Shown here piece by piece: positions 27,999 to 38,248 of a stretch of DNA of 64,000 nt (the first letter of the stretch is position 1; every line of letters starts with the position of its first letter). The notes beneath the pieces are model-generated. The model had not been told where the DNA came from. It saw only the letters and a program-made list of their open reading frames with translations, and ran no database searches. The DNA is from an uncultured Chloroflexia bacterium (GTDB lineage Bacteria; Chloroflexota; Limnocylindria; Limnocylindrales; CSP1-4), in contig CAVXPZ010000004.1 of NCBI GenBank assembly GCA_963763775.1, forward strand, positions 416,001 to 480,000, in the 5' to 3' direction. Position numbers and translations under genes: made by a program.

Positions 27999-29470
27999 CG
28001 GCCGCGCACCAGGTCCTCTCCGGCGACCAGAAGCGCGTCGCGCAACTCGGCCGAGGTGGCCTCGGTGTAGACACGGACGAGCGGCTCGGTCCCCGACGCT
28101 CGGATGAGCAGCCACGACCCATCGGCGAGGAAGAACTTGAACCCGTCGCCGGTGTCGAGCGGCATCGTGCGCGCGATCGCCTCGCCGGCGAGCTCCACCG
28201 GCGCCTGCCCCGCGAGATCGACGAGGAGGCGCCGCTTCGTCTCGGGGTAGGCCGATCGCTCGACGTGGACGTCGATCCGCAGGTACCACGACGGCCCGGC
28301 AAGCTCGTGGAACCGCTCGATCGCGCTCGAGACAGGCCACCGGCCTGCGGCGCGCTCGCGGAGGAAGAGGTCGAGGAGAAGGAGGTCGGCATAGATCCCG
28401 TCACGCTCGGGGAGGTGCATCCCGAACCCGAAGCCGCCGGACTCCTCGGCGCCCATCATCGCGCCGGTCTCGATCATCTTCGGACCGATGAACTTGAAGC
28501 CGACCGGGGTCTCGTACGTCTCGATCCCGTAGTGCGCTCCGAGCCTCGCGGCCATCGACGTGTTGTTGACGCTCACGACGACCGGGTCGCGCCAGCCCCG
28601 GTGCTCGGCGAGGTAGTACATCAAGAGTCCGGTGACCTGGAGTTGGTGGATGAACGTGCCACGCTCGTCGGCCGCGCCCGCCCGGTCGGCGTCGCCGTCG
28701 AGCAGGAGCCCGAGGTCGTAGCCGCCCCCGGCGAGCAGCGCCAGCGCCTCGTCCACGTTCGGCCGGATCGGCTCGGGGTTGACGCCGCCGAAGTACGGGT
28801 TCCGTTCGAGATGGATCTCGTGGACGTCGATCCGTCCGCCCGACAGCAGGCGGCTGATCCAGCCGGCGCCGGCGCCCCACAGCGGGTCGACGAGGATCCG
28901 CACGTCGGCGGCCTTGAGCGCGTCGATGTCGACGGTGCGTCGAACGAACCGCTCGTATCCCTCGAAGGGGTCGAACCGCTCGACGAGACCGGCCGCCTCG
29001 GCGTCCTCCAGTGGACGACGGTCGATCCCGGCGCTCCCGTTCTGCGCGAGGCGCGACTCGATGACGCCGAGGATGTCCGCGCCCGCGGCCGCGCCGGTCG
29101 GGGCCTTGACCTTGAACCCGTTGTCGACCCACGGGTTGTGGCTCGCCGTGATGACGATCCCGGCCGCGGCCCCGCGCTGGACGACCTCGTAGGAGCTCAT
29201 CTGCGTCGGGACGGCACCGGTCGCGAGGGCCACGGGGATGTCGCGCGCCAGCAGGACCTCGGCGACGGCCGCGGCGAAGTGCTCCGACGCGAAGCGGCGG
29301 TCGTACGCGACGACCACGCCCTTCGCGGTCTCGCCGCGATCGACGACGTACTGCGCGACGCCGTCGGCGCACCGCCGGACGTTCTCGAACGTGAACTCGT
29401 CGGCGATCCTGGCGCGCCAGCCATCGGTCCCGAAGACGATGCTGGTCGGCGCGGGCGCGCTGGTCGTCAT
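27995..29470 (-). CDS. Phosphoglucomutase/phosphomannomutase
   Basis: FGTDGWR, TASHNP, DGDADR, EESGG and RASGTEP. Confidence 0.95.
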   Translation of the reverse strand: MTTSAPAPTSIVFGTDGWRARIADEFTFENVRRCADGVAQYVVDRGETAKGVVVAYDRRFASEHFAAAVAEVLLARDIPVALATGAVPTQMSSYEVVQRGAAAGIVITASHNPWVDNGFKVKAPTGAAAGADILGVIESRLAQNGSAGIDRRPLEDAEAAGLVERFDPFEGYERFVRRTVDIDALKAADVRILVDPLWGAGAGWISRLLSGGRIDVHEIHLERNPYFGGVNPEPIRPNVDEALALLAGGGYDLGLLLDGDADRAGAADERGTFIHQLQVTGLLMYYLAEHRGWRDPVVVSVNNTSMAARLGAHYGIETYETPVGFKFIGPKMIETGAMMGAEESGGFGFGMHLPERDGIYADLLLLDLFLRERAAGRWPVSSAIERFHELAGPSWYLRIDVHVERSAYPETKRRLLVDLAGQAPVELAGEAIARTMPLDTGDGFKFFLADGSWLLIRASGTEPLVRVYTEATSAELRDALLVAGEDLVRGR

Positions 29471-30540
29471 GCTCGGTCCATCCTCCCCGGTTCGGCACAG
29501 CGCTCGATGAGCGCCTCGATCCTCCCCAGGTCCGGGGCCGTGCCGCGCAGGACCGCGATCGGCTGCGTGGCGGTCATGCTACCCCGACCCAGCGGTGCGA
29601 CGACGCCGAGGCGTCCGGCGATCCGACGGATCACGAGGTCGTCGACCTCCACGTCGACGGTCTCGCCGGGCTGGACCACCGATCCCGTGCCGCGCGCCCC
29701 GATCCCGTCCAGGAGCGACGTCCACGACCCGAGGTCGGACCAGCCCACGTCCATCGACGCCATGACCACGCCGCCGTTGCGAGCCGCGCTCTCCATGACG
29801 GCGTAGTCGATCGAGACCGGCTTGAGCTGCTCGTACGCGTGCTGCAGGAGGGTCGGGGCCTGGATGGTCGGCTCGATGAGCTGGATCAGCCCCGTGTAGC
29901 GCTCGAGGGCGCTCCGGATCGCCCGCCGGCGCCACAGGAACATCCCCGCGTTCCACGCCACGCCGGTCTCCTCGAACAGCGCCTCGGCGCGGGCCGGCTT
30001 CGGCTTCTCCTCGAAGGCCTGGAGCGGATAGGCCTCGATGCCGCCGATCCGCTCGCGGGCCGCCAGACGCGGGATCAGGTAGCCGTACTCCGTCGCCGGG
30101 TAGGTGACCGCGACGCCGAGCGTGACGAGCGGGTCATCGATCCCGAACGACCCGGTCGCGAGATCGGAGCCGGCCGTCCGCAGGACGTCCCGGAACACCT
30201 CGACCTTGGCGGGGTCGATGTAGGCGTCCGCCGGCAGCACGAGCATGACCTCGTCGTCCGGGCGGTCGATGGCCGCCGTGGCGAGCGCGATGGCCGCCGC
30301 CGTGTTGCGGCCCATGGGCTCGCTCAGCACGTCGACACCGGGCAGTTGGTCCCGGACGAGGCGCTCGTAGCGGTGGTCCGTGACGACGGTCACGTGGTCG
30401 ACGACGCCGTCGAGCCGGTCCGCCGTCGCCTGCAGCAGCGACGTGTCGCCGAGGAGAGGGAGGAAGGGTTTGGGGCGCTCGGACCGGCTCAGCGGGTAGA
30501 GTCGCGTCCCGCCGCCGCCGGCCATGATGACGGCATACAT
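29467..30540 (-). CDS. manC: Mannose-1-phosphate guanylyltransferase
   Basis: MAGGGGTRLYPLSR..PKPF, EPMGRNTA, FEEKP, WNAGMF, SIDYAVME and GWSDLGSW. Confidence 0.92.
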   Translation of the reverse strand: MYAVIMAGGGGTRLYPLSRSERPKPFLPLLGDTSLLQATADRLDGVVDHVTVVTDHRYERLVRDQLPGVDVLSEPMGRNTAAAIALATAAIDRPDDEVMLVLPADAYIDPAKVEVFRDVLRTAGSDLATGSFGIDDPLVTLGVAVTYPATEYGYLIPRLAARERIGGIEAYPLQAFEEKPKPARAEALFEETGVAWNAGMFLWRRRAIRSALERYTGLIQLIEPTIQAPTLLQHAYEQLKPVSIDYAVMESAARNGGVVMASMDVGWSDLGSWTSLLDGIGARGTGSVVQPGETVDVEVDDLVIRRIAGRLGVVAPLGRGSMTATQPIAVLRGTAPDLGRIEALIERCAEPGRMDRA

Positions 30541-30594
30541 TCGCGACCCATTCTAGGGGCCGCCGTCCCCGGTCATCGGGACCGCGCCGGGTCG

Positions 30595-31464
30595 TCAGTC
30601 GCCGACGAAGACGTACCGGCCTTCCCAGATCACCCGGCGGGTCGACTCGTGGTACTTGGTGTAGACCTTGTTGAGGGCGGCGACCGACAGGTACCGGTAC
30701 TTCCACGGGTCCTTCGAACCCGGGCCCATCGGCCCGCTCACGTAGTAGCCGAGGATCGTCCGGCGGGTCGGGTCGGAGGCGAGCGGCTGCGACTTGTACC
30801 CCAGCACGATCCAGGCGTGGCTGCCGTGGTTCACGGTGATCCCCACGGGATCGCCGGTCCGGTCGATCGTCGCGGCGATGGCAGCGAGGGCCGTGGACCG
30901 GGTGACATAGGACCGCCACTGGTAGGGCCGCAGCGTGTAGTTGCGAAGGGCCCAGGCCCAGCCGGCGATGTCATTGCCCTTGGTCGGGTAGCGATACCGA
31001 TTGTGGCGATGGATGCTCCCGTACAGCGACTTCTGACGGGCATAGGTGCCGTTCGACGTCCCGCTGATGAGGTTCCACATCGTCTGGGTGGCCGCAGGGA
31101 CGCACCAGTAGTTCGTGTACTGCCGGATGACGGCCGTGGAGCGGTAGTTGAGGACGGAGAAGATGACCGGGCCGGGCGAGGGCGACGGCGTGGGCTCCGG
31201 CGGCGGCGTCGGGTCGCCCGTGGGCGTCGGGTCGGGGGTCGGGGTCGGGGTCGGCTCGGGCGTCGGGGTCGGGTCCGGCGTCGGGGTCGGCTCGGCCGCA
31301 GGCTCGACGGTCGGCGGCTCGGTCGGCGGGTCCGTCGGGGTGTCCCCATCGGCCGCGAAGGCGGGGAGCGGGAGGATCACCAGGACGAGGGCGGCCAGCA
31401 ACCCCGCGCGGACGAGCGCGATCAGGCGGACGCGATGGGCTTCGGTCGGAGCGGCGGGTCGCAT
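30595..31464 (-). CDS. Secreted peptidase C39-like protein with Pro/Thr linker
   Basis: Signal peptide, (PT)n linker, QYTNYWCVPA and HAWIVLGY. Confidence 0.7.
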   Translation of the reverse strand: MRPAAPTEAHRVRLIALVRAGLLAALVLVILPLPAFAADGDTPTDPPTEPPTVEPAAEPTPTPDPTPTPEPTPTPTPDPTPTGDPTPPPEPTPSPSPGPVIFSVLNYRSTAVIRQYTNYWCVPAATQTMWNLISGTSNGTYARQKSLYGSIHRHNRYRYPTKGNDIAGWAWALRNYTLRPYQWRSYVTRSTALAAIAATIDRTGDPVGITVNHGSHAWIVLGYKSQPLASDPTRRTILGYYVSGPMGPGSKDPWKYRYLSVAALNKVYTKYHESTRRVIWEGRYVFVGD

Positions 31465-31675
31465 GGCATCCCGGTGAGCAGGGCCACCCGACGATGGGTG
31501 TCCGTCCCAGTATCACGGTGCCCGGAGGGTGCCGGCATGCCCGGATGGTCGTCGAGGCGAGGGTCGGATGGTCCGGTGCATCCGGGCACAACGTGGGGGG
31601 CGTCAGCCACATCCGCCCGCGTCGCGGGTCGCGCGGCCGGTGCGATACTCGGCGCATGGCGCGAACGGTGGCTTG

Positions 31676-32569
31676 ATGCCCCACGACCACGCGACCGCCG
31701 CCGGCGGCGATCGATCCCGACTCCAGGCCGTCTTCGGCCTGACTGTCGCCGTCATGGTCGTCCAGGTCGTCGGCGGCCTCGCCGCGAACAGCCTCGCGCT
31801 CCTCGCGGACGCGGGCCACCTCCTGACGGACGTCGTCGGCATCGGCCTCGCGCTCCTCGCGATCTCCTTCGCCGCGCGACCGGCGAGCGAGGAGCGGACG
31901 TTCGGCTACCTGCGCCTCGAGATCCTCGCGGCCGTCATCAACGCGGTCCTGCTGTTCGGCGTGGCCGCCTTCGTCCTGGTCGAGGCGTGGATCCGCTGGA
32001 GCTCGCCGCCGGTGATCGAGTCCGGCGTGATGCTTGCGATCGCGGTCGTCGGGCTCGCGGTGAACGGGGTGTCGCTGTGGCTCCTGCGAGAGGCTCGCAC
32101 CCGGAGCCTGAACATGCGCGGCGCCTATCTGGAGGTCCTTGGGGACCTCCTTGGATCGTGCGCGGTGATCGTGGCAGCGGTCGTCATCGGGATCACCGGG
32201 TGGACGCAGGCTGACGCCGTGGCCTCGGTCGCGATCGCGATCATGATCGTGCCGCGCACGGTCGGGCTTCTCCGCGATGCCGTCCACGTCCTCCTCGAAG
32301 CCACGCCAAAGGGGATGGACATGCGCGAGGTCCGAGCCCACATCCTCGACGCCGACGGGGTCGCGGATGTCCACGACCTGCACGCCTGGACGATCACCTC
32401 GGGGATGAACGTCGTGTCGGCCCATGTCGTGCTGGGCGAAGGCGCCGACGGGCCGGCGGTCCTCGACGAGCTGTGCCGCTGTCTGTCGGGAGACTTCGAC
32501 ATCGAGCACTCGACGTTCCAGCTCGAGACCGGCGACCGGCGCCGGCTCGAGGAACGTAGCCATGCCTGA
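31676..32569 (+). CDS. Cation diffusion facilitator (CzcD/ZitB-like)
   Basis: SLALLADAGHLLTD, TFGYLRLE, NMRGAYLEVLGD, VHDLHAW and HSTFQLE. Confidence 0.94.
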   Translation: MPHDHATAAGGDRSRLQAVFGLTVAVMVVQVVGGLAANSLALLADAGHLLTDVVGIGLALLAISFAARPASEERTFGYLRLEILAAVINAVLLFGVAAFVLVEAWIRWSSPPVIESGVMLAIAVVGLAVNGVSLWLLREARTRSLNMRGAYLEVLGDLLGSCAVIVAAVVIGITGWTQADAVASVAIAIMIVPRTVGLLRDAVHVLLEATPKGMDMREVRAHILDADGVADVHDLHAWTITSGMNVVSAHVVLGEGADGPAVLDELCRCLSGDFDIEHSTFQLETGDRRRLEERSHA

Positions 32570-32590
32570 GGACGCGGCGCGGGCCGGCCG

Positions 32591-33148
32591 TCAGTAGCTG
32601 GGCGGGGTCAGGCAGAAGAGGACGGTGACGGGGGCGGTGCCGCGGTTCATGTTCCAGTGCGGCAGCCGCGACGGGAACTGGATGGCGTCGCCTTCGCGCA
32701 GGACGTAGTGCTCGTCGGCGACCCACAGGTCGAGGACGCCGGCGATGATCACGACGACCTCCTCGTCCGAGTCGTGGCTGTACGGCTCCTCGCCCGTGCC
32801 GCCGCCGGGCTCGATCGTCGACATGATCACCTGGAGTCGTCCGGCCATGTTCGCGGTCAGGAACTCGTCGATGGACTTGAGTCCCGGGTAGGCGACGCGG
32901 CGACGCGCCTCGCGTCGGACGACGCGGCCCGTGATCGGCTCCTCGGCGAATAGCTGGGCGATCGAGACATCGAGCGCGTGCGCGATCCGGCCGACGGTCG
33001 CGATCGAGGGGCTCGTGACGTCGCGCTCCACCTGCGAGAGGAAGCTCTCGGTCACGCCGGCCCGGTCCGCGACGGTGCGCAGCGTGAGCCGCCGCGATTG
33101 GCGCAGGGCACGGATGCGGGTCCCGAGTCCGAGGTCCGTGTCGGCCAT
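32591..33148 (-). CDS. XRE family transcriptional regulator with cupin domain (PuuR-like)
   Basis: HTH (LRTVADRAGVTESFLSQVERD..PS) plus cupin (HDSDEE...PH). Confidence 0.92.
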   Translation of the reverse strand: MADTDLGLGTRIRALRQSRRLTLRTVADRAGVTESFLSQVERDVTSPSIATVGRIAHALDVSIAQLFAEEPITGRVVRREARRRVAYPGLKSIDEFLTANMAGRLQVIMSTIEPGGGTGEEPYSHDSDEEVVVIIAGVLDLWVADEHYVLREGDAIQFPSRLPHWNMNRGTAPVTVLFCLTPPSY

Positions 33149-33182
33149 GCGTCCCTCCCGTCCCGTGACCCTGTCGTGTGCG

Positions 33183-33200
33183 ACTTCAGAGAGCTGAAGT
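33183..33200. promoter_or_regulatory. Palindrome, candidate XRE operator
   Basis: ACTTCAG-AGAG-CTGAAGT overlapping the minus-strand -10 TATACT (33198-33203). Confidence 0.55.
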
Positions 33201-33271
33201 ATAGGTTCAGCCGGTCGCTGATCGGCAACGTCGGATTCCCGATCCGGTGCGAGATTTGCACGATCCGCGCG

Positions 33272-33327
33272 TTGACTCGCCCGCGTCTCGCCCGTACCAT
33301 CGCGCCTACCTGTAGCGAGGCTACAGG
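33272..33327 (+). promoter_or_regulatory. Sigma-70 promoter of the pot operon with downstream inverted repeat
   Basis: TTGACT-17 bp-TACCAT, followed by CCTGTAGC-GAG-GCTACAGG (33309-33327). Confidence 0.65.
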
Positions 33328-33372
33328 GATGCCGCTCAGCGCCTGGACCGTCCGCCCCCGAGGACCCGCCCG

Positions 33373-34563
33373 TTGACCGCCTCCCTGACCCCCGACGCCA
33401 GCACCGGATCCCCTGCCGCCGCCCGCCCGGCCACGAGTGCCGCGGCGGGGTCGAGCCCGGACGTCGAGCTGCTCGGTGTCACGAAGCGCTTCGGTGGCGT
33501 GACTGCGGTCGACCACATGAACCTGCGCATCGAGCGCGGCGAGTTCTACAGCCTGCTCGGACCGTCGGGCTGCGGCAAGACCACGACCCTCCGGATGATC
33601 GCGGGCTTCGAGCAGCCGACCGAGGGCGAGATCACCTTGGCCGGCCAGCCGATCGCCGGCGTGCCGCCCTACAAGCGGAACGTGAACACCGTCTTCCAGC
33701 ACTACGCGCTCTTCCCGCACATGGACGTGGCCCGCAACGTCGGGTACGGCCTGCGCCAGGTGAAGGTCGGCAAGGCCGAGGAGACGCGGCGCGTCGCCGA
33801 GGCGCTTGCCCTCGTGCGGCTGTCGGGCTACGAGCGCCGGCGGACGTGGGAGATGTCCGGCGGCCAGCAGCAGCGCGTCGCCCTGGCCCGAGCGCTCGTG
33901 AACCACCCGACGGTGCTGCTGCTCGACGAACCGCTCGGCGCGCTCGACCTGAAGCTCCGCAAGGAGATGCAGCTCGAGCTGAAGGCCCTCCAGCGCGAGG
34001 TCGGGATCACGTTCGTCTACGTGACCCACGACCAGGAGGAAGCCCTGACGATGAGCGACGTGATCGTCGTCATGCGTGACGGCCTCATCCAGCAGATGGG
34101 CGGGCCGACCGAGCTGTACGAACGTCCGGTCAACCGGTTCGTGGCCGACTTCATCGGCACCTCGAACTTCGTGACCGGCGCGGTCGAATCCATCGATGCG
34201 AACGCCCACAAGGTCATCGTCCGGAGCGAACGCGGCCTGATCCTGCGTGGCACGGCCACGGATCCGACCGCGACGTTCGGCCCGGGCCAATCCGTCACGG
34301 TCGCGATGCGGCCGGAGCGACTCGATGTCGCCCCGGCCGATGCCGGCTCGACGGAGACCGGGTGGTCGTCCGTGCTGGGACGCATCAACCAGGGCACCTA
34401 TCTCGGCGACCAGACCGAGTTCCGGGTGCAGACCGATCAGGCGGGCGAGCTCATCGTCCGTCGCCAGAACGCCATGGGGGCGGGTGCCAGTCTGGGTCTG
34501 GGACCGGGAGATCCGGTCCAGGTCCGCTGGCGTGACGAAGCCAACCTGGTCCTCGCGGGCTAG
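33373..34563 (+). CDS. potA: Spermidine/putrescine-type ABC transporter ATP-binding protein
   Basis: GPSGCGKT, NTVFQHYALFPHM, SGGQQQR, LDEPLGALDLKLR and a TOBE domain. Confidence 0.92.
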   Translation: MTASLTPDASTGSPAAARPATSAAAGSSPDVELLGVTKRFGGVTAVDHMNLRIERGEFYSLLGPSGCGKTTTLRMIAGFEQPTEGEITLAGQPIAGVPPYKRNVNTVFQHYALFPHMDVARNVGYGLRQVKVGKAEETRRVAEALALVRLSGYERRRTWEMSGGQQQRVALARALVNHPTVLLLDEPLGALDLKLRKEMQLELKALQREVGITFVYVTHDQEEALTMSDVIVVMRDGLIQQMGGPTELYERPVNRFVADFIGTSNFVTGAVESIDANAHKVIVRSERGLILRGTATDPTATFGPGQSVTVAMRPERLDVAPADAGSTETGWSSVLGRINQGTYLGDQTEFRVQTDQAGELIVRRQNAMGAGASLGLGPGDPVQVRWRDEANLVLAG

Positions 34564-34609
34564 GACGGAACGGGACCCCGACGAGGTCGGGATCGGAGGA
34601 GGCATCCAC

Positions 34610-35858
34610 GTGAGCGAACAGGATCTCGACAACATCCTTCGGCGGATGTCGGAGACGCGGATCAACCGGCGCGGCTTCCTCGCGGCGGCCGGGCTGACGG
34701 GGACGGCCGCGTTCCTCGCGGCATGTTCGGCTGGCGGCGCCGCCAGCGCGGCCCCGAGCGAGGCCGCTTCGGCGGCCGCGCCGTCGGCCTCGGCTGCCCC
34801 ACCGTCCGCCGCCGCGTCGGCCGAGGCGTCCGCGGCGGCATCGGCGGCGGCGTACGAGCACACCGACGTCGAAAAAGAGCTCTTCATGTACAACTGGAGC
34901 GACTACATCTCCCCGAAGAACATCGAGGCCTTCAAGGCCGAGTACGGGCTCGACGAAGTTCCAGTACGACATCTTCGCCAACAACGACGAGCTGATGGCC
35001 AAGCTCCAGGCTGGAGCGTCCGGGTACGACATCACCGCGCCGACCGCGAACTACGTGCCGGCGATGATCGAGGGTGGGTTCATCCAGAAGCTCGACATGA
35101 CGAAGATCCCGAACGCCGCGAAGATCAACAAGGCGTTCAAGGGCCAGGCGTGGGATCCGAACGACGAGTACCAGGTCCCGAAGGACTACGGCACGACCGG
35201 GATCCTCTATCGCTCCAAGATGATCCCGTCGGTCCCGACGTCGTGGAAGGACTTCTACGACCTCACCAAGGGCGCCGCTTCGGGCAAGGTCGATCTTCGT
35301 CGACTCGAGAGACGACGTCCTCGACTTCCCGCTCAAGATGCTGGGCTACTCGCTCAACTCCGTCGTGAAGGAGGAGCTCGACGAGGCGCGTACCGTGCTG
35401 CTCGATGTCGCCCCGCACATCCTCGCGCTCGACTCCGACACCTACGGCCAGAAGATGGCCGACGGCGAGGCCGCGATGACCCTCGGCTGGACCGGACCGC
35501 TTGGTCAGGAGATGAAGGACACGCAAGGACAAGGGCTACGTCGTCCCGAGTGAGGGCACGGCCTTCTGGATCGACACGTGGGTCATGCTCACCGACGCCC
35601 CGCACCCGAACGCCTCGTACGCCTGGCTGGACTTCATCCACCGACCCGAGGTCCAGGGCGAGGAGACCAACTACAACCTGCTACGCGACGCCCGAACGAC
35701 GAGGCGAAGGCGTTCGTCGACCCGACCATCCTGCTGACCCGGCGATCTTCCCGCCCGCGGATCGTCATCGCGAAGCTCGAGAGGCGCAGGCCGACACCTC
35801 GGGCAACGCCCAGCGCATCGACATCTGGGAAGAGTTCAAGTCGAAGATCGGCGGCTGA
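34610..35858 (+). CDS. potD: PotD/PotF-like substrate-binding Tat lipoprotein (several frameshifts)
   Basis: RRGFL...LAAC signal; YNWSDYI, WDPNDEYQVP and PSEGTAFWID across frames. Confidence 0.85.
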
Positions 35859-35885
35859 CGCCGCATCAGCCGCGAGATCGCGCCG

Positions 35886-36797
35886 ATGTCGACGACCGCA
35901 TCGGCGATCGCGAAAGGACCGGACGAGGCCGGCCGGCGCCCGGCTCCGTTCCGGCCTGCTCACGACGGTCCTGCTGCTGCCGGCCGGCCTCTGGTACCTC
36001 GTCCTGCTCGTCCTGCCGCTGGCGATCGTCGTCGTCTTCTCCTTCGGGACACGAGCCAAGAACGGCGGCTACTCAGCCGGGCTTCGTCTTCGACAACTAC
36101 GTCCGCGCGATCGAGAAGTCCGACCCGTTCGTCACGAGCCTGCAGATGGCCATCGCCGGCACCGTCGGGTGCCTGCTCGTCGGGCTGCCGCTCGCCTACT
36201 TCCTGGCGACGCGCGCCGGCAAGCGCAAGAGCGTCTACATCCTGCCTGCTCGTCGTCCCGTTCTGGACGAGCTTCCTCATCCGCACCTACGCGTGGCTGA
36301 TCATCCTCGGCCCGAACCTCGGGCTGGCCGGCCAGCTCGAGTCGATCACCGGCGCGGACAAGATCCAGATCCTCGGCACCCCGTTCGCGGTCCTGCTCGG
36401 ACTCATCTACGGCTACCTGCCGCTGATGGTCTTCCCGCTCTACGTGACGCTGGAGCGGATGGACCGAACGCTCGGCGAGGCCTCCAAGGACCTCGGGGCG
36501 GGGCGCTGGGCGACGTTCCGGCAGATCACCCTGCCCATCGCGCTCCCCGGCCTCGTGACCGGGAGCATCCTCGTCTTCATCCCGATGATGGGCGAGTACG
36601 TGATCCCGCAGATCCTCGGATACGGCCGCACGTACCTCATGGGCAATGCCCTGGTGACCGACTTCCTCGAGGCGCGGAACTGGCCGTCGGGATCCGCCCG
36701 GGCGGTCTTCCTGATCCTCATCATGATCGTCACCATCGCGGGCTACCTCTGGTTCGTGAACCGCGGGCGGCAGACCCGTGAAGTGAGCGTCCTGTGA
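35886..36797 (+). CDS. potB: Polyamine ABC permease PotB-like (frameshifts)
   Basis: VPFWTSFLIRTYAW, YLPLMVFPLY and EASKDLGA. Confidence 0.85.
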   Translation: MSTTASAIAKGPDEAGRRPAPFRPAHDGPAAAGRPLVPRPARPAAGDRRRLLLRDTSQERRLLSRASSSTTTSARSRSPTRSSRACRWPSPAPSGACSSGCRSPTSWRRAPASARASTSCLLVVPFWTSFLIRTYAWLIILGPNLGLAGQLESITGADKIQILGTPFAVLLGLIYGYLPLMVFPLYVTLERMDRTLGEASKDLGAGRWATFRQITLPIALPGLVTGSILVFIPMMGEYVIPQILGYGRTYLMGNALVTDFLEARNWPSGSARAVFLILIMIVTIAGYLWFVNRGRQTREVSVL

Positions 36798-37731
36798 CCG
36801 CGCCAGCCGTCACCGACCGGCGAGCCGCGGCGGCGCGCCGCGCGAACGCGCCTCGCGCAGACCGATCGATGGGCGCGGCCTCGTCGAGTTCTACTTCCGG
36901 TTCCACACGGTCGCTCGTCTACGTCTTCCTGTACCTGCCGATCGTCGTCGTCGTCCTGTTCGCCTTCAACGGCACCGACCGGGTCGTGACGAAGTGGGGC
37001 GGCCTCTCGATCAAGTGGTTCGAGACCGCGCTCGGCGACGAGGTCGTCAAGACCGCGCTGACGAACAGCTTCATCGTCGCGATCCCGAACGCGTTCATGG
37101 CGACCATCTTCGGGACGATGGCGGCGCTCGGCCTCCAGCGCGTCGGCAAGAAGCTGCGCCTCGGGTTCGACACCCTGACGTACATGAGCGTCATCGTCCC
37201 CGAGATCGTCATCGCGCTCTCGACGCTCGTGCTGTTCGCGACCGGCTTCGACTTCATCCAGTCGACGTTCGGCATCCGGCTGGAACATCGGGCTACCCGA
37301 CGATCATCGCGGCGCACGTGCTGTTCAACCTGAGCCTGGTCCTGCTGCTCGTCCGCGCCCGCCTGTCGGGGATGGACCGCAGCCTCGTCGATGCGAGCGC
37401 GGACCTCTTCGCCACCCCGTGGCGGACGTTCCGCCAGATCACCTTCCCGCAACTGCTCCCGGCGATCGTCGCGGGATTCCTGCTGGCCTTCACGTTCAGC
37501 TTCGACGATTACGTCATCACCACGTTCACGTCCGGCCCTGGTTCCTCGACGCTGCCGCTGTACATCTTCGGGCAGGTCAAGCGAGGGGTGACCCCGGAGA
37601 CCAACGCGGTCGCCACGATGATGCTGGCGCTCACGCTGATCCTGCTGTTCATCGGCCAGCTCGTGCTGATCTGGCAATCGCGACGCGCGGGGCGGCGCGC
37701 CTCGATGGCGTCCGTGATCGCCGAGACCTGA
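36794..37731 (+). CDS. potC: Polyamine ABC permease PotC-like (frameshifts)
   Basis: FLYLPIVVVV, DASADLFA and FTFSFDD..TLPLYI. Confidence 0.85.
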
Positions 37732-37742
37732 GCCCCTCGTCG

Positions 37743-38208
37743 ATGGCGCACCCCCTCGACAACGTGGACGGATGGCGGGGTCCGACGGCCTCCCAGGCCA
37801 GCGGCCTGACCCTCGCCGCGGCGCGGGCCGTCATCGATGCCGTGCAGGCCGCGGCCCGCGACCTCGGCGTGGCGATGAGCTGCGCGGTCGTCGATTTCGG
37901 GCGACCAGCTCGTGGCCTTCGAGCGGATGGACGCGGCGGACCTCGTCGGGATCACGCTCGCCCGGGACAAGGCGTTCACCGCGCTGGTCAACCGGATGCC
38001 GACCCGCGACCTCGCCCCGATCGTCGGCCCGGGCACGGAGTTCTACGGCTACGACTCGGTCGCGGCGGGCCGGATGATCGTCTTCGCGGGCGGCATGCCG
38101 CTGGAACGCGACGGCGTCCTCGTGGGCGCGGTGGGCGTCAGCGGCGGCGATGCCGCCCAGGACCAGCAGGCCGTCGACGCGGGTGTCGCGGCGTTCATCG
38201 GCGACTGA
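37743..38208 (+). CDS. GlcG/HbpS family heme-binding protein (frameshift near 37897)
   Basis: LTLAAARAVI..AVVD, RMD, KAFTA and GAVGVSGG..QD. Confidence 0.85.
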
Positions 38209-38248
38209 GGCCGGCTGCACCGCCAGCCGCAGGTCAGCCGGCGGGGAG

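Noticed and set aside
27618-30540. manC-manB-cupin as a novel polysaccharide locus
   Set aside because: These are ordinary GDP-mannose supply genes with a separately encoded cupin and no glycosyltransferases nearby.
31185-31345. Short tandem GGGGTC-type repeats as a CRISPR or VNTR locus
   Set aside because: They encode the Pro/Thr linker of the C39-like protein; there is no repeat-spacer structure and no cas gene.
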